DNA from: Bugula neritina
Lineage: Eukaryota; Animalia; Bryozoa
Direction of reading: 5' to 3'
Assembly (NCBI GenBank): GCA_964035545.1
Contig: OZ037767.1
Coordinates: 24,010,628-24,074,627, forward strand
Length of the DNA stretch: 64,000 bases
The notes below the pieces were generated by a model. That model searched no databases. It saw only the letters and a list, made by a program, of their open reading frames with translations, and had not been told where the DNA came from. Shown in pieces: positions 25,301-48,455 of the stretch. Position 1 is the first letter of the stretch. Every line of letters starts with the position of its first letter. The translations under genes and the position numbers were made by a program.

Positions 25301-27788
25301 ATCACAGCTGTTACTGAAGGCAGTGTTTAGTAACTGTTGTATATATTGAATTTCGGATAGTCTCAATTTGTTAGCATTTAACCATGCACTAGTTCACTAA
25401 CTCATTGTAGATTGAGCTCTTCGCTGTTGATGAGGATGCCAGAGATACGCTGCAGCTATGTCTAGATGAGAATGATGCTGAACGGATGGTAAGTTGACCC
25501 TTCCTGTTGAAACATGTTGCCATCAATATTTTGAAGGAGATTATTTGTGTAAATATACTAAGAAGCTGTTGGTGTTTGAAGGTAAATGAAATGTCCGACA
25601 ATCCTCTCCAGTTTCAAATCCCAGCCCGACAGTTGCCCAACCTTCTGGTTTACATCCTTCACCATCTCCGTCACTTGGAAGAGTATGAGTTGGACCCCAG
25701 TCACGTTGCCAGACAAGTTAGTCGGGGTTCGCCTACAGATTCTACTATGGCCCCCAGTGAGGACATGTACCCTACTCAAATTGCCAATGCCTCCATGGAA
25801 GGTAACCACTCACCTTATTAATTTGATGCCAAATTAGTATAATTTTTCAGATTTTTTCAGATTACTCTGTGCATATGTTTTTTCTTGATTTATCAGCATA
25901 AAGCTTTACATAAAGTCATACTAAATAAGTAAATAATATTGCTGTATAACTACTGTCGAAAATATTTATACTGAAATATTATATATTGGCTTTAATTAGC
26001 TTCAAATTTATTTGAATATTGATAATAAAAAGTAACTTTTGCTACTGCAGCTTTGATTTCATTTCTTTGGAATAATTTTGTTTATCCTTTTGCTATAAAT
26101 CAACCCCGATTAAACTTTGAAATTCAGACTGTGTTTACTTTTATTTTCAAAAATTTTAGTAAGTTTTATATTTTGATGAAATTTAGGGTGTGGGGTAACA
26201 AGGTGCCTCATGAATTATTTCTACAGGTAAAAGGTTTAAACAAACTTAAAATTCTGGTAACATCGCAATAGCCTTCAAGTGAGGGCTGGGTACAATTAAT
26301 CACTTCACTGATTGTAGAGAGAGCCAGAAACAGTTTGGCCTCATATATTTTGGGAAGAAGCGTTGATCTCAAAGCATTTAAAAGTGCCAAAAACTGGTTA
26401 GAAGTAGAAGAAAGAGCAGCGAAATATCTCAGCTCTGGCACTCAGAAAATATTTCACGTCGATCAACTAGCGTCAAGAAAATTCAGGTATTTTCCTATCA
26501 ATTATTCAACTCTGGGTTTTCCTAATAATTTGGAGAGTCCATTTGCTTAGAGTTTTCACCCCTGTGAGATCCCCTTGGGCTATGGACTGTGTGTGTTGTG
26601 CAGAGTTGTTAGCTGATGTTCTTCCTGGCATCACCAGTAACTCTGCTGGGATTTGTACCCATGACTCGCACTTGGCCAACAGATGCTTCCTTAAAGTCTC
26701 CAGGCTACAATTTAGCGTAATTTGTGACTGTAGCATTTGTCACCATCACATTATATTCACTTATACCAACTGATTGTAATAGTATTATTAACCATGGCTA
26801 AATAGATGTTTCACATGTTGAAGTAGCTGGGCAAGTTCATTTGTGATTGTTTGCTACCACAACTGCCTCCTTTACAAAATTTCATTTGGCAGCAATCAAA
26901 TAACCTGGTCTATCAGTCAAAGCAGTCACTCATTAATTCCAGCTCGTAAGGGTTAAGAGTTTGAAACGTTCTCCTTTTGAATTTGACCAAATGGAAAAAT
27001 GAAACCACTAGGAGCATGGTGTGTGTTCATGTGTGTATATGGACAATATATAGGCCTTGCCTTTTTATACTAGTTCTATATAGAACTTTTTGTAATATAT
27101 AGTGCTAAGCCTAGGGCTACACGGTGCGTATTTTCGCATGCGAAAATTGAAACCACAAGTAGCAAAGGCGTCCACTGTAGCGTCAGTGATGCGTGATAAA
27201 TAAAGCTTTCATTATTAAATCGCACTCGCTTTCAATAAAACGCAATTTACTGGAATTTAGCACTAAAATAAAGAAATTGGGCTCGCTTAATAACTACCAG
27301 CCAATTAGGTGACGACGACAGAGACGATTCGCACTTGCGTTGAAAATGCAGAGCGGCAAGTGCGAACGTTTTCTCAACGGCACAGTGGACACCTTTGCTA
27401 CTTGTGATTTCAATTTTCGCATGCGAAAATACGCACAGTGTGGCCCTAGGCTAATGTAATTGTGTTGATATGGTTCTCAATCATCTTTTAAGATACAATA
27501 ACCTAATGCTATTTATTTGCCTACAATCATAAAATGTGTCCTTATGCTGCCAATCTTTAGCTTGTGTGTGTTGGCAGCTGTTCTGTTAGTTGTGAGTTGT
27601 AGTGCAGGTGGTTGTGGCGTATGGAGTTTGCATAATGATGAGTCAGATGTTATAATAGTTCTACAATACAATTTCTGATACTGCTTGCAGAATTGAATGG
27701 CCCCGAACAAATCGTAGAAGAAATGATGAAACTTCTACCAACACATAAACATATCACCCAGTTTCTATATTTGGCTTGCAGATATTAA
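13362..27788 (+). CDS. Uncharacterised multidomain protein (~1211 aa): IRAK/Pelle-like pseudokinase + Cys-rich zinc-finger-like region + caspase-fold (paracaspase/metacaspase-like) protease + ubiquitin-like region
   Basis: 19 phase-consistent GT-AG exons with no in-frame stop: 13362-13913, 14551-14630, 17253-17405, 18531-18720, 19225-19321, 20030-20203, 20445-20578, 20834-21023, 21386-21589, 22304-22433, 22909-23289, 23550-24025, 24456-24551, 25011-25168, 25411-25488, 25612-25801, 26318-26486, 26551-26636, 27691-27788. Kinase-like motifs: DGTEFVLQKL, IVPVW, AIDSLHT..YYHRGVCIDNV, HDWFSFGVYILEV, EIAEWCLD. Protease motifs: YALIMYG..ERDADML, VFVFYSGHG, VVYVTDYCR. The last exon is uncertain; read-through would stop at 26773. 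Confidence 0.8.
13512..13712 (+). repeat. Coding 21-bp tandem repeat encoding (PADSGPT)n
   Basis: CCTGCTGACTCTGGGCCCACC units in the first coding exon. Confidence 0.9.
14946..15075. repeat. Intronic minisatellite, 30-bp unit (TTGTGGGTAGTTACTGCTGTGTACAAAGAC) x ~4.3
   Basis: Directly visible near-perfect tandem copies. Confidence 0.9.
15372..15532. repeat. Intronic minisatellite, ~37-bp unit (TGTTGTGACTAGTACTACAGTAATACTGTGAGTACAG)
   Basis: About four tandem copies visible. Confidence 0.85.
18125..18253. mobile_element. Short inverted-repeat (hairpin/MITE-like) element
   Basis: 43-bp arms at 18125-18167 and 18211-18253 are reverse complements with 3 mismatches; a related element lies at 39478-39586. 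Confidence 0.7.
27109..27451. mobile_element. PIF/Harbinger-type MITE, 343 bp
   Basis: 70-bp terminal inverted repeats (27109-27178 / 27382-27451, 4 mismatches) starting GCCTAGGGC, with TAA on both sides (3-bp TSD); no ORF. Confidence 0.85.
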
Positions 27789-30700
27789 TTTAGACAAATA
27801 ATGGATCAACAGCTAGATGTATTCTTATGCTACAAAACAACATCAGTTTGCAGCATGTATTGAGTCCTAATCATTCTTATAAAACTGTGATCATATTATA
27901 TTGTATTTTTATTCGTATCCTTAGTACTAAATCATAATTATGTACTATAAATGATGAAAAAAAGTATTTTTGTATTTTAATACATTATATTTTATTATAC
28001 CATTTTATACTTTAGTGGTAAAATCAGAATGATGTGAAATTTAGCTTTCTCTGACATTTTCTGTTCAGAGGATTTTGAAATATTCTGTAAAATTTTACAG
28101 AATTGTTTTTATACTTCACATGGCATGAGCTTGTTTTCCTAGTTTTAGCTTCGAAAATTAGCCTTTTTGACATTGAGTTTAATTTGTAGTATATTTAATG
28201 CTGTCTCATTATAACTCTAACTGATATTGGTGGTTAACTCTATAGTGTTGGTAGACCAAAGTTGTGCAATGTTGCTCTAATCAGATTATATTATACCAAA
28301 GTTTTCTAAATTCATTGTCATTTTCTATCCTCAATTATTAAGTAACTTGGAGTTGTACCTATATTCTTCCAAGCTACTGCTATCTATGCATACTTTTTAC
28401 CCGTCACAAGATAGTTGGGTTATTACATACTATTTTTGCTGATTTTTATTGCAATAAAGTTACAGGAAGCATATTTAAAGTGCTATTAAAGCAAACCTAA
28501 TTTTTTAACTCAAATTCTTCAGTCATGACCCAAGAACCGAGGGTTTAAGTAAAAGATTTGGCGTTGGCTCTGCTAGACATTTTAAATATGTTTTATCTAA
28601 TTTTTTCAAAATCAAAATTTTAAATGTTTTTATCTATTATATTTTTTTAATGATTTACTTGATGAAATAAAAACAACATATCATGTAGCAAGAACATTAG
28701 ATATGCAAGTTTTGCTTCCTTCTCAAAGTTATGCTTTGTCTATTTTCACTTGTTCTGTTATTTTATATTATTGATTATTGGTAATTTTATTTAATCAAGT
28801 CATACCTGTTTATCTAAATGTGTATAATAAAGATGGTATCTCTACTTCTGCTGTAGCTACTTTTATTATACTTATAGTGTTTCAAGAACAGGATCTTATG
28901 CACATTTAAAGACAACTGGGTAAGCAAGCTTTGTTCAAAATCAGCTTGTCTTCTGAGTACTTCTTGGAAAACATCTCGAAATGAACACATTTGTTCTAGA
29001 TTAACAGATTAAACGCAAAGGATTTCACTGTTCTCGCATATTTAAGGTTTTACTAGCAAGAAAATCCTTCTGTTATTTCATCAAGATTCAGTTGTTACTG
29101 TGGTTTCCAAGGTCATGATTTTTGCTGAAACTACTTCTTGAAATTATGGAGCTCTGTAGCACAAACATATATAGGGGGGGGGGGGGGGGTGTCCTAACTG
29201 GATTACAATAGCCACAGGAAAAAGATATGTTTTCAAATCAACACCTTAAAGTATAGTGGCGATTTTCAATATTTGAAAATTTCCTTATAGTATCCACAGT
29301 TATAGTTGTTTGAATATGAATTAGTTGGTGCAATTTCTTTTTTAAATATTTTGTATTATGCCTTGTCAGTATGTCTCTTCTACACTCACTTTCAATTGTT
29401 ATTATGAGTATTGTCTAACTTAGAGCCTTTTTCCCAATTGATTCAGTTATATCACTGGGAGATCAGCTCAAGTGTACTGATTATAGACTACAGTGAGAAA
29501 GTGTAAACTGACTATATGGCAATGATAAATCATATTAAAAGCAAAAAAGAACTTCTGTAAAAACTTTAATTTCTAGCCAAGTTTAAAACAGTAGTGCTAT
29601 ATTTTATTAGATATCTCACAAACAGTTGCTGGATAGTTAGGGATGTGTAAACATATTATATGTAGAGAAATTCTGCATCAAAGCTTTCTGTGTTGTGGCT
29701 ATTTTTTGAAGCTATTTGCACACCAGTCTTACCTACAGGACAGTTCTTGCTTGTTTTTTCCGTACAACCACTATAAAGGAACATGTGCTAGTAAATGGTG
29801 TTACCGCATTAACATAAGTAAGTTTTTATAACAATTTTTCTCTTTCTTTTTGCTGTTCATACACGTTTTAATCGTATTTTATTTTTTATTGCTTCTTGCC
29901 ACAAAGAGTTTGTTTGAAAATTTGCATTTATGTTTTTCTGTAGCATCAGCTTAAATGTTTTATGTTTGCAGTTTGTTATGTTAATATTTTAGTTTTGACG
30001 TGTAAATTAGGTGTAGCTAATGGTGTTAAGGTAAGTCCATGGTATGAGTCAAGATGTGGCATTCTAACAAATATTCATACAATAATGTACAGGTCAGGAC
30101 TTGTGCTAATCACAGACCTTCTTAACTGTAGTCATGTGGCTGAATATCTTTTAGCATTTCCTAACTTTCATATTTAAAGGTGCTAAAAAGGTGCAGTAAA
30201 AATTATAAAAATTTAATTGTTTTCTGCACCTTCACTACATTTCTATGGTTAGCATTATGTGAATGGAATTTTCATTGTCTCATGGAAATAGTTGCATCGC
30301 AACAAAACCGCAAGCACAAATTAATCTGTCCGGCATCCATTTGAATTCATGGAAACGCAGTGCTTGTTTCAAAAGACTTTTTCAAAGCTTGTTATTTACT
30401 GACATTTACCAATTCATGTCTTTCTGTTTAAAAGTGAAGCTTATAGTCTTATGTTTTATCGTAAATATCTGAACTTTAAGTGTTACAAAATTTTCATCAT
30501 AAAATATTGACGTAAATCTTTAGAACAAATACACTAAGTATATATTGTAATTTGTAAATAATTACATTCAACACCCCCAATCGTTATAAATATGTAAATG
30601 AATGGACTTGAAATTGCATTTGTACAATAGTAGGTTGAAAGTTGTCACACCCTGTAGGTTCGAAATTAGAAATAACTATTTCACACATTGCATGATAAGA

Positions 30701-32793
30701 TAACTATCTTCTTCAAGATTGACAAAACATAGTAATGAACTTAGGCAGTAGGTTAAATTGAAGTTTATATGAAATGTATCACACTGGATATAATTGGAAA
30801 TGTACCAGCATAGTATCTAATAACACATGTGGATGAATGTTAAGATATACTTTTAGTTTATACTTTAGAATGTTGAAACTTATTTAATGTTTAATTGCAA
30901 CTATAAAAAATTGTCTTAGGCTTTTCGAATAAATTATACTCACAAACAATTACCCATTAAATGCTTTTTATTTACTATATGGCTCAACATAGAAATAACA
31001 CCACCTTGAAAAGAGTCCCGAAATTGTTATCTATATGCCTGTTGTGTAATAAAGTTATGTTTTTATTTTGCATTATCCAGCTTGCGTGAACAAAATAACG
31101 AGAACCTGTTGTCTACACCCAACAAGCAGATAACTTTGATGGTGCCATTCACACTTTTCAGAGTGTTGTGTACTGAAATATAATTGAGCTGCCTATACAA
31201 AACAATGCATGGCCCAAATGAGCAAAATGCGGTACCTAGTGGACTATTCTACAGTCAATAGTGATGTACCAATGGTAGCAGTTATATAGATTTCTAAAAA
31301 AGCAATGGGCTGATTAAAATACAAAACTAATAATAAAATTGTGAGAGTTAAGGTTCATATCCAGCTTTGAAAATGTTAGGTCAGATTTGACACTCTACGT
31401 AATATTAGAAGCCTTATATAGGCCTATCTTATGCTGCAAGAAATGCATGTAATCCCCACCTTTGCACTTTATAATTATATTTAGGGTAGAAACTCCTTTA
31501 ATGTTAGAATGATATGTAGGTTTAAATCAGACTTATTTTTAGAAGGTTAAAAGACGTTAGGAAAACAAAAAAATTAATGAGCTTCAAATCCAAACTCCAC
31601 GCTAAAAGTTAGTAACACAAGATCTTAGTGAAAGTAGTATAGATTTGCTCATTAGAGTGAGGAGGTGTTAATCAACAGCTATATCCACATATTTAGTATA
31701 GGGAGGAAACAGTCACAAAGTGTTTTTTGTGCTTTGGCATTTTATATAACGTAGTAAGCACTGAAATTACCTAACATATTCTAGCAATGAACTTCTTTGG
31801 GAGATGGTAATTTTTAATGCAAATTCTATAAAAACTCATGCCTGTTACATGTTGCAGCATTATATTTAAATTACAATAATGCAATAGTAGATAAACTGAA
31901 TATGCATTATAAGTAGCAATGTTTAGAGTTTCACAACTTCTCATTAGGCGAGAAGTGTATAGCTGTTTAAAAGCACGGCTAGATGTCTCAACACTGTCTA
32001 TGACTGCAATAACATAGCTACTTTATTATTCTGCTGTTTGTTATGGTCCAAGATGCTGCTCAAGATTTCAAAGGGGACATAACTCCTTAGGGTATGTTTT
32101 GCAAATTTTATTTGATGCAGCTGCCTCAAAGTATGGTGTTAGGCCAGAGCATAAATTGAATTAAACAGCTTAAACTTTTAACTTGAAGAGAATCTGAAGT
32201 ACTTGCTACATATGAGGCGGTCAAGAGGGTCATTTCTACACTCACACACTAACGAGAGTGAAAGAGAGATAGATATGTGCAGTAACATTAACTGCTCTTT
32301 CCATCTTCTTTTAAAGATTTCTACTAGTAGCTCATGGTTTGTGACGCTCCGAATCAGCTATATTCTCAGAGCCTTCAGCCATAGGGAATCCTATCTGTGT
32401 TGTATATAACTGTGTGTCACACTACACTGCGGCAAGCTATATTCCTACAATATATAAGCTACACAGCAACACAAATTACATAATATCTTATGCTGTAAAG
32501 TCTAGCATAGGCTATGATTATGTAACTCAGGGTTGAATGCCCCTCTTATTTAATGCTGTTACTACGAGATTATGGATTGCGTAGTAAAGTGCAGTAGCTA
32601 AAGAAGTTAGTAATAGGTCGTCACCTGTCATTTGTGGAGCACTGACTGCCATTGCCTTTGCTTCTCTTGAACTTATCCTCCTACTCTTCACTGCTTTACT
32701 TGCCATGTTTTGATCTGATCTGACTTCAACAAACAAGTGGAATGCTCTACGTGAAAGTCATTTAACTCCAACTAGAAATTGATTATACACGAG

Positions 32794-43266
<10,473 letters not shown>

Positions 43267-44899
43267 CAGAATTGTTGGTGGTTGAGACTGCAGTCTATAT
43301 ACTATGTATAATGAAAAGACAAGTTCATTAGTGTCACAAAGTGTCCCAAGGTGTCATGAAGTGTCACTATCATAACAAACTCTATTTTTTAAGGTGACAG
43401 ATGGGAGCGTAAACATGCTTTTTATTTCGGTTAACCAGTATTTCTGTACAATCATATATCTAGAGTCTGGAAAGTGAAATATATACATCTTGATACTTGC
43501 GAAAGTTATTAAGAAGAAAAGAGAATAATTGTGGTATATGCTGGTTGTCAGCACATGTTCGTACTAAAAAGCATGAACACTTTATAGAGCACATTTTTTG
43601 GGCTGGTGTTTGAAAACCATGGTCACTTAATATGCCTTTTTTTATAAAGATAATGACTAAATGACTACTCTTGTTGAACCTCAACTGAGTCTTATAATTA
43701 GGCGTATAGATTGAAACTTGATTCATATCTACAAATCTATATTAGTGTAATAATTGTTCCTGGTGTATGAAAATTGATATTCCAAAAAAGGTTATACGTA
43801 TGTTGTTAGCATTGCTTTAAGAAAAAAAAACATAAAAAAGTTGTTTCTTCCAGCAGCCAAAATAAAATGAGATTCTATCTAATTTCAATGGCAGAGAGTT
43901 TTCTTGTAATTAGTGCAGATATATATTATACTATATGAGATCTCAGCCTATATCACCTTGTTTGTCTAAATTTTCAAAATGATTTTAGTAAGCTTGAGAT
44001 ATGGTGATTTTATTTGATAAAGTGTTTAGTACTCGGTGAAATAATGGTGAAATAATTTTGTGGTGTAAAATAGGTTCAGTATATTGCATACTTTTAATAT
44101 TACAAGACTGTCGAGTGGTAGAAGTTATGCATGGTATATTGAGCTGTCTTATTACATCTTCACTTTCGTACAATTTCAAATATTAACAAAGTAAATCTGG
44201 TGAATGGCCGCTATTGTTCTATTCATTTCTTTTTATGTACATATTTTTATTACTGGCAGTAAAATAATAATAAAACAGAAATTTGGTGGGGTCACTTTGC
44301 TAAAATGACCTGATGAATTATTTACTATTATAAATTTTTTTCATAGTATTGTGAAATATTTCCTTATTACATGTCATTCTAACCTCTAAAATTCAAGTAA
44401 GCTTATTATTTTATATATTTTGTTATAAAGCTACATTGTGTTTTATATAATAAAATTTTGGCGTCATTAAACTCTGTGTTATAAGGTAGAAAAGGTTGAA
44501 TGGGCAGAATATTATAATAATGATATATTTTATTTGTTTTTAAATAAATAAACTTGCAAATGACATTTCAATTATAAAAATAATTTAATGAGCATAAGAT
44601 CTATCTAGTAACAAAAAGTATCAAGCTGGTTATAACAACTTAATTATTGTATAATAGTTAAAGCCTTTGTGGAGTATAAAAGTGAAACTTTGCTGCAGGT
44701 ATAAAAAGTCTCTCGACGTCATAACTGAATATAATTAAGACTGAAAATGTGTTTCGATTTGAAATTAAATCTCTAACAGAGTGACTCATAGTTAATTGCA
44801 ACCAAAAATATTACGAAATGTGAAGGTTGAACTCGATGAGGTAATGCATACTATACCGCAGTAAAGGATCACAAATCTTGGGTTAAAGTGTAGAGCAAC

Positions 44900-47353
44900 T
44901 CAGGCTAAAATGTTGTGTTTTTGATAGATATTTTGTCGCTGAGTATTAAGTTCACCTTTCCACCTTTCTTGTGTAGCTCGAACATGATTAACTGCGGCAG
45001 CTACTCTCCGGCTAGCCTCAGTTCTGCTCCCAGACCGAAGTCGAGGCTACGGGAAATAAAGCACACCTCTGCAACAGCTAGTAATAGCTTGGAAGTTGTA
45101 AGTTGATTTTTATTGAGGCTAATATTAGAAGCTTCAGGCACTATACAGTGGCAGTTGACAGTTTCAGTATAGCAATACTTTATTGGCTACAGTATTATAT
45201 GGGAACACGCTACTACATAGCTGTAGTATTACAGGAGGATACACTAACGTACATACATACACAGCTGTAGTATTATAGAGAGACACATACACAGCTGTAG
45301 TATTATAGAGACACACTATCACACACATACACAGCTGTAGTATTATATGGGGACACACTATCACACACATACACAGCTGTAGTATTATATGGGGACACAC
45401 TATCACACACATACACAGCTGTAGTATTATATGGGGACACACTATCACACACATACACAGCTGTAGTATTATATGGGGACACACTATCACACACATACAC
45501 AGCTGTAGTATTATAGGGGGACACACATACACAGCTGTAGTATTAAAGAGGGACACACTACATGGTCTTGACCTACCTGTTCACTAGTTAACTCTTCACT
45601 CTGCTCATCAGTAAACTGTCTAAAGTGAGTTCTGCGTTTATTCATTATCGGGTCGAGGCACATCAAAAACAAACCATATATAAGCATCAGACCAAACACT
45701 ACTATGACGAATATAATCACCACCTGTAATGCACATAAATGACGCAACATTACCTGTTGATATGTGGATGAGAAAAAACATCTTGGAGTAATAATATTAA
45801 AAATGACTGTTACTATTACTACGGGTACCAGTTACCAAGTGCTCTATAAACTCAAGAGACATGCCACAGGGTTGAAGTACATACCTTTTGGATGGTTGAG
45901 TTGCGTTGTTCAAATTGACACTCGCACCGGAGACAAAATTTGTCTAAATCTTCGATATTGTCGACAGTGAGATCGGGAAGAATGTAGTTGAGAATCTCAA
46001 TACACAAGCTGAAAGTGCAAGTGAGAAAGTAAGCAGTTAGAATATCTATGAGGATGCTTATGCAATGCAAGATTTCTTTTATACGTACAATCACAACATT
46101 TAACTATGGAAAAAGATTGAATTTAGCACAAGTTCATAAAACGATTAGTGAAACTAAAAGTTTTTAGCAAAAAGAAATCAGTATGCTTTAGAATAAAAAG
46201 AGAGATTGTCATATACTTTCACCAATATTTATCCACTACCACAACGAATATGAATACAAGTTCCTTGATGAGACAAAGCTTCTTAGAAAAGATTTATTAT
46301 TTAAACTGCTTACCAAGACTCAGGTTCAACATTGTTTCTTATATAAACAGTTTGATCAGCATAGTCGACATGGTCTATGAAGAGATGGGTGCTGTTGAGA
46401 GAGTTAATTGTCTTGAGTCTAGGGCACACACATCTACACCTCTTATCTGCATCGGCCTGTATGTATAACAATGAGACGTGACAGAGGATATGATGGCAAT
46501 ATTTACAATGCATATATATACAGATTAATCCAATACGCCCTAGGGCATTAAATGGATATGCATATAGGTTTCATACTAAAATCAGCAAACAGGCATGACG
46601 GATTTAAATGGTACAGGGAGAGTAAAATGTTTGGCTACATTAGTGAATCGGGATCTTGCCCTTCAAGTATAGGTCTTATTCTGTTGTAGAAAGAAAACTT
46701 AAATTGGTCTAGACCAAAATGTGGGTTGAGTGTTCCCCGACATGTTAAATAAAGCCTTGAAGCACGTTTTTGGTTAACAGCTGTTGAATCAGTTTTATAT
46801 TTATAATAACTAGGAGCAATATTATGATGTCTGCATACTTAGTGCCTGCACTAACTACTCATTATGTTCTAACCAGAGTTACATGAATGATATTCAATGT
46901 ATGTATCTTTATGCCCTATTAGCAGTTCTTCTGTTAACATTTATATTATAACTTCTTTTGTTTCAGAACACTAGGCTTAGAGAATTGTGAAATTTGCTCA
47001 ACCTACGATAACAAAACAGTGATGTCTAAAAAATATGCTGTGGTAGAATAAATGACATTTAATAGATATTGTATAATCTATACGGTATGATTTCTATTAG
47101 ATTATACTGAGTAAACAATTCGCAACGATAAAAAAGGGAAGTACTATAAAACGAAAAAAAATTCGATATCATACTGGTATGATTTCGATAAATTTATGGT
47201 AATTTTTCTTGTAAAACATTCTGCTACATCATTACATGTAAGTAAAATACGAGTATAACTGACTTGTACAGACGGAAATGTTGAGAGTAAACTCAAACTG
47301 AAGATCACAAGAAGAACCGTGTGCAAGCAGGTCTCTGCAGCTACCATTTCCAT
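44900..47353 (-). CDS. TMEM9: Transmembrane protein 9 family protein, 216 aa
   Basis: Exons 47353-47264 (signal peptide), 46456-46314 (DKRCRCVCP), 46008-45885 (FCLRCECQFEQRNS), 45723-45577 (TM; IYGLFLMCLDP), 45046-44900 (QERWKGELNTQRQNIYQKHNILA*); matches the TMEM9 family motif series. Confidence 0.93.
45186..45562. repeat. Intronic minisatellite, 42-bp unit (ATACACAGCTGTAGTATTATATGGGGACACACTATCACACAC)
   Basis: About five near-perfect copies plus degenerate copies in the last TMEM9 intron. Confidence 0.9.
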
Positions 47354-47499
47354 GAACTTCAGTCAACAAAAAGATAGCTCCTTTTCGTTTAACAACCCTA
47401 AAATCATAAAATATTAAAGATGATTTTATAAACATGTATTACATAATGCCTTACTTGCTATAATCAATATGAAGGTTAATACATGAATACCAAAACATA

Positions 47500-48280
47500 T
47501 AATAACTAATATTATGATTATCAACATGAATAGCTTAGAAGTTATAGTTCGCTAGTTGTATTTAATAATTTATAACTACTATGCTCAGTTTTACTGGTAT
47601 TAGTAATAGTAATACTAAAACTAAATACTAGCACAAATAGTAACACTAATACTAATAGTAAGTCACTATTGCCATTGGTGTTGCTTATTATTTATCAATA
47701 TTCATATTTCATTATTTGGCTTTGCTATCATCAAAACTAATTACTAGTACTACAAGTAATACTACAAGTAATACTAACACTAACCGACAAAGCCGTAGCC
47801 ATACTTATGCTTATACAAATACTAATAAACAATAGTAATACACTAAGGCTATTACTGATTAATGATTGTTATGATAGTAAAACTAAATGCAATTGTTACA
47901 CTTACTCTTACTCTTACGCTACCCTTTACTTACAGTATACTATAACTATAGTCATTACTCATTAATCATTACACTTACTCTTACTCCCAGTTAGTCTTAC
48001 AGTTACTCTTACTCTAAGTCTAACTCTTAGTCTTACTCTTAGTCTTAAGTCTTAGAGCTAGTCAAAACCCCTAGCCCTAGGCCTACGGCAACTACTGCCA
48101 ATAGCAGTGCTATTGCTACTACTACTAATAGCACTAGAACTACGTCTTTGTCTGCTATTACAATTACAAGAAGTAGCACTAGTAGCACTACTAGTACTAT
48201 TATTACTGTATGTGTACAATTGCCACTACTAGTACTTGTAATCCAACGGCAACTGATACTAGTACTATGTGTGACTATGC
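47500..48280. repeat. (TAA/TAG/TAC)n and (CTCTTA)n low-complexity tract between the divergent TMEM9 and RPS4 starts
   Basis: Directly visible. Confidence 0.75.
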
Positions 48281-48436
48281 TCTGCTTCTATAAAAAGTCA
48301 CTGAAATGGAATAGGTTCAATCATTAAAATCACGAAAATGCGCCCGAAAGATTGTGATACCCGATAGAGTGGTTTGAACGATACAAATGTAGCGAGTTCA
48401 TTTAAAACGAAGGTTAAACAGGAAGCAATACCATCA

Positions 48437-48447
48437 TCCTCTTTTAT
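48437..48447 (+). promoter_or_regulatory. TCT initiator / 5' TOP pyrimidine tract of RPS4
   Basis: TCCTCTTTTAT lies ~10 nt upstream of the ATG-only first coding exon, as is typical for ribosomal protein genes. Confidence 0.65.
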
Positions 48448-48455
48448 CATCAAAT

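Noticed and set aside
29174-29189. Poly-G run (and poly-C near 56790)
   Set aside because: Isolated homopolymers with no supporting context.
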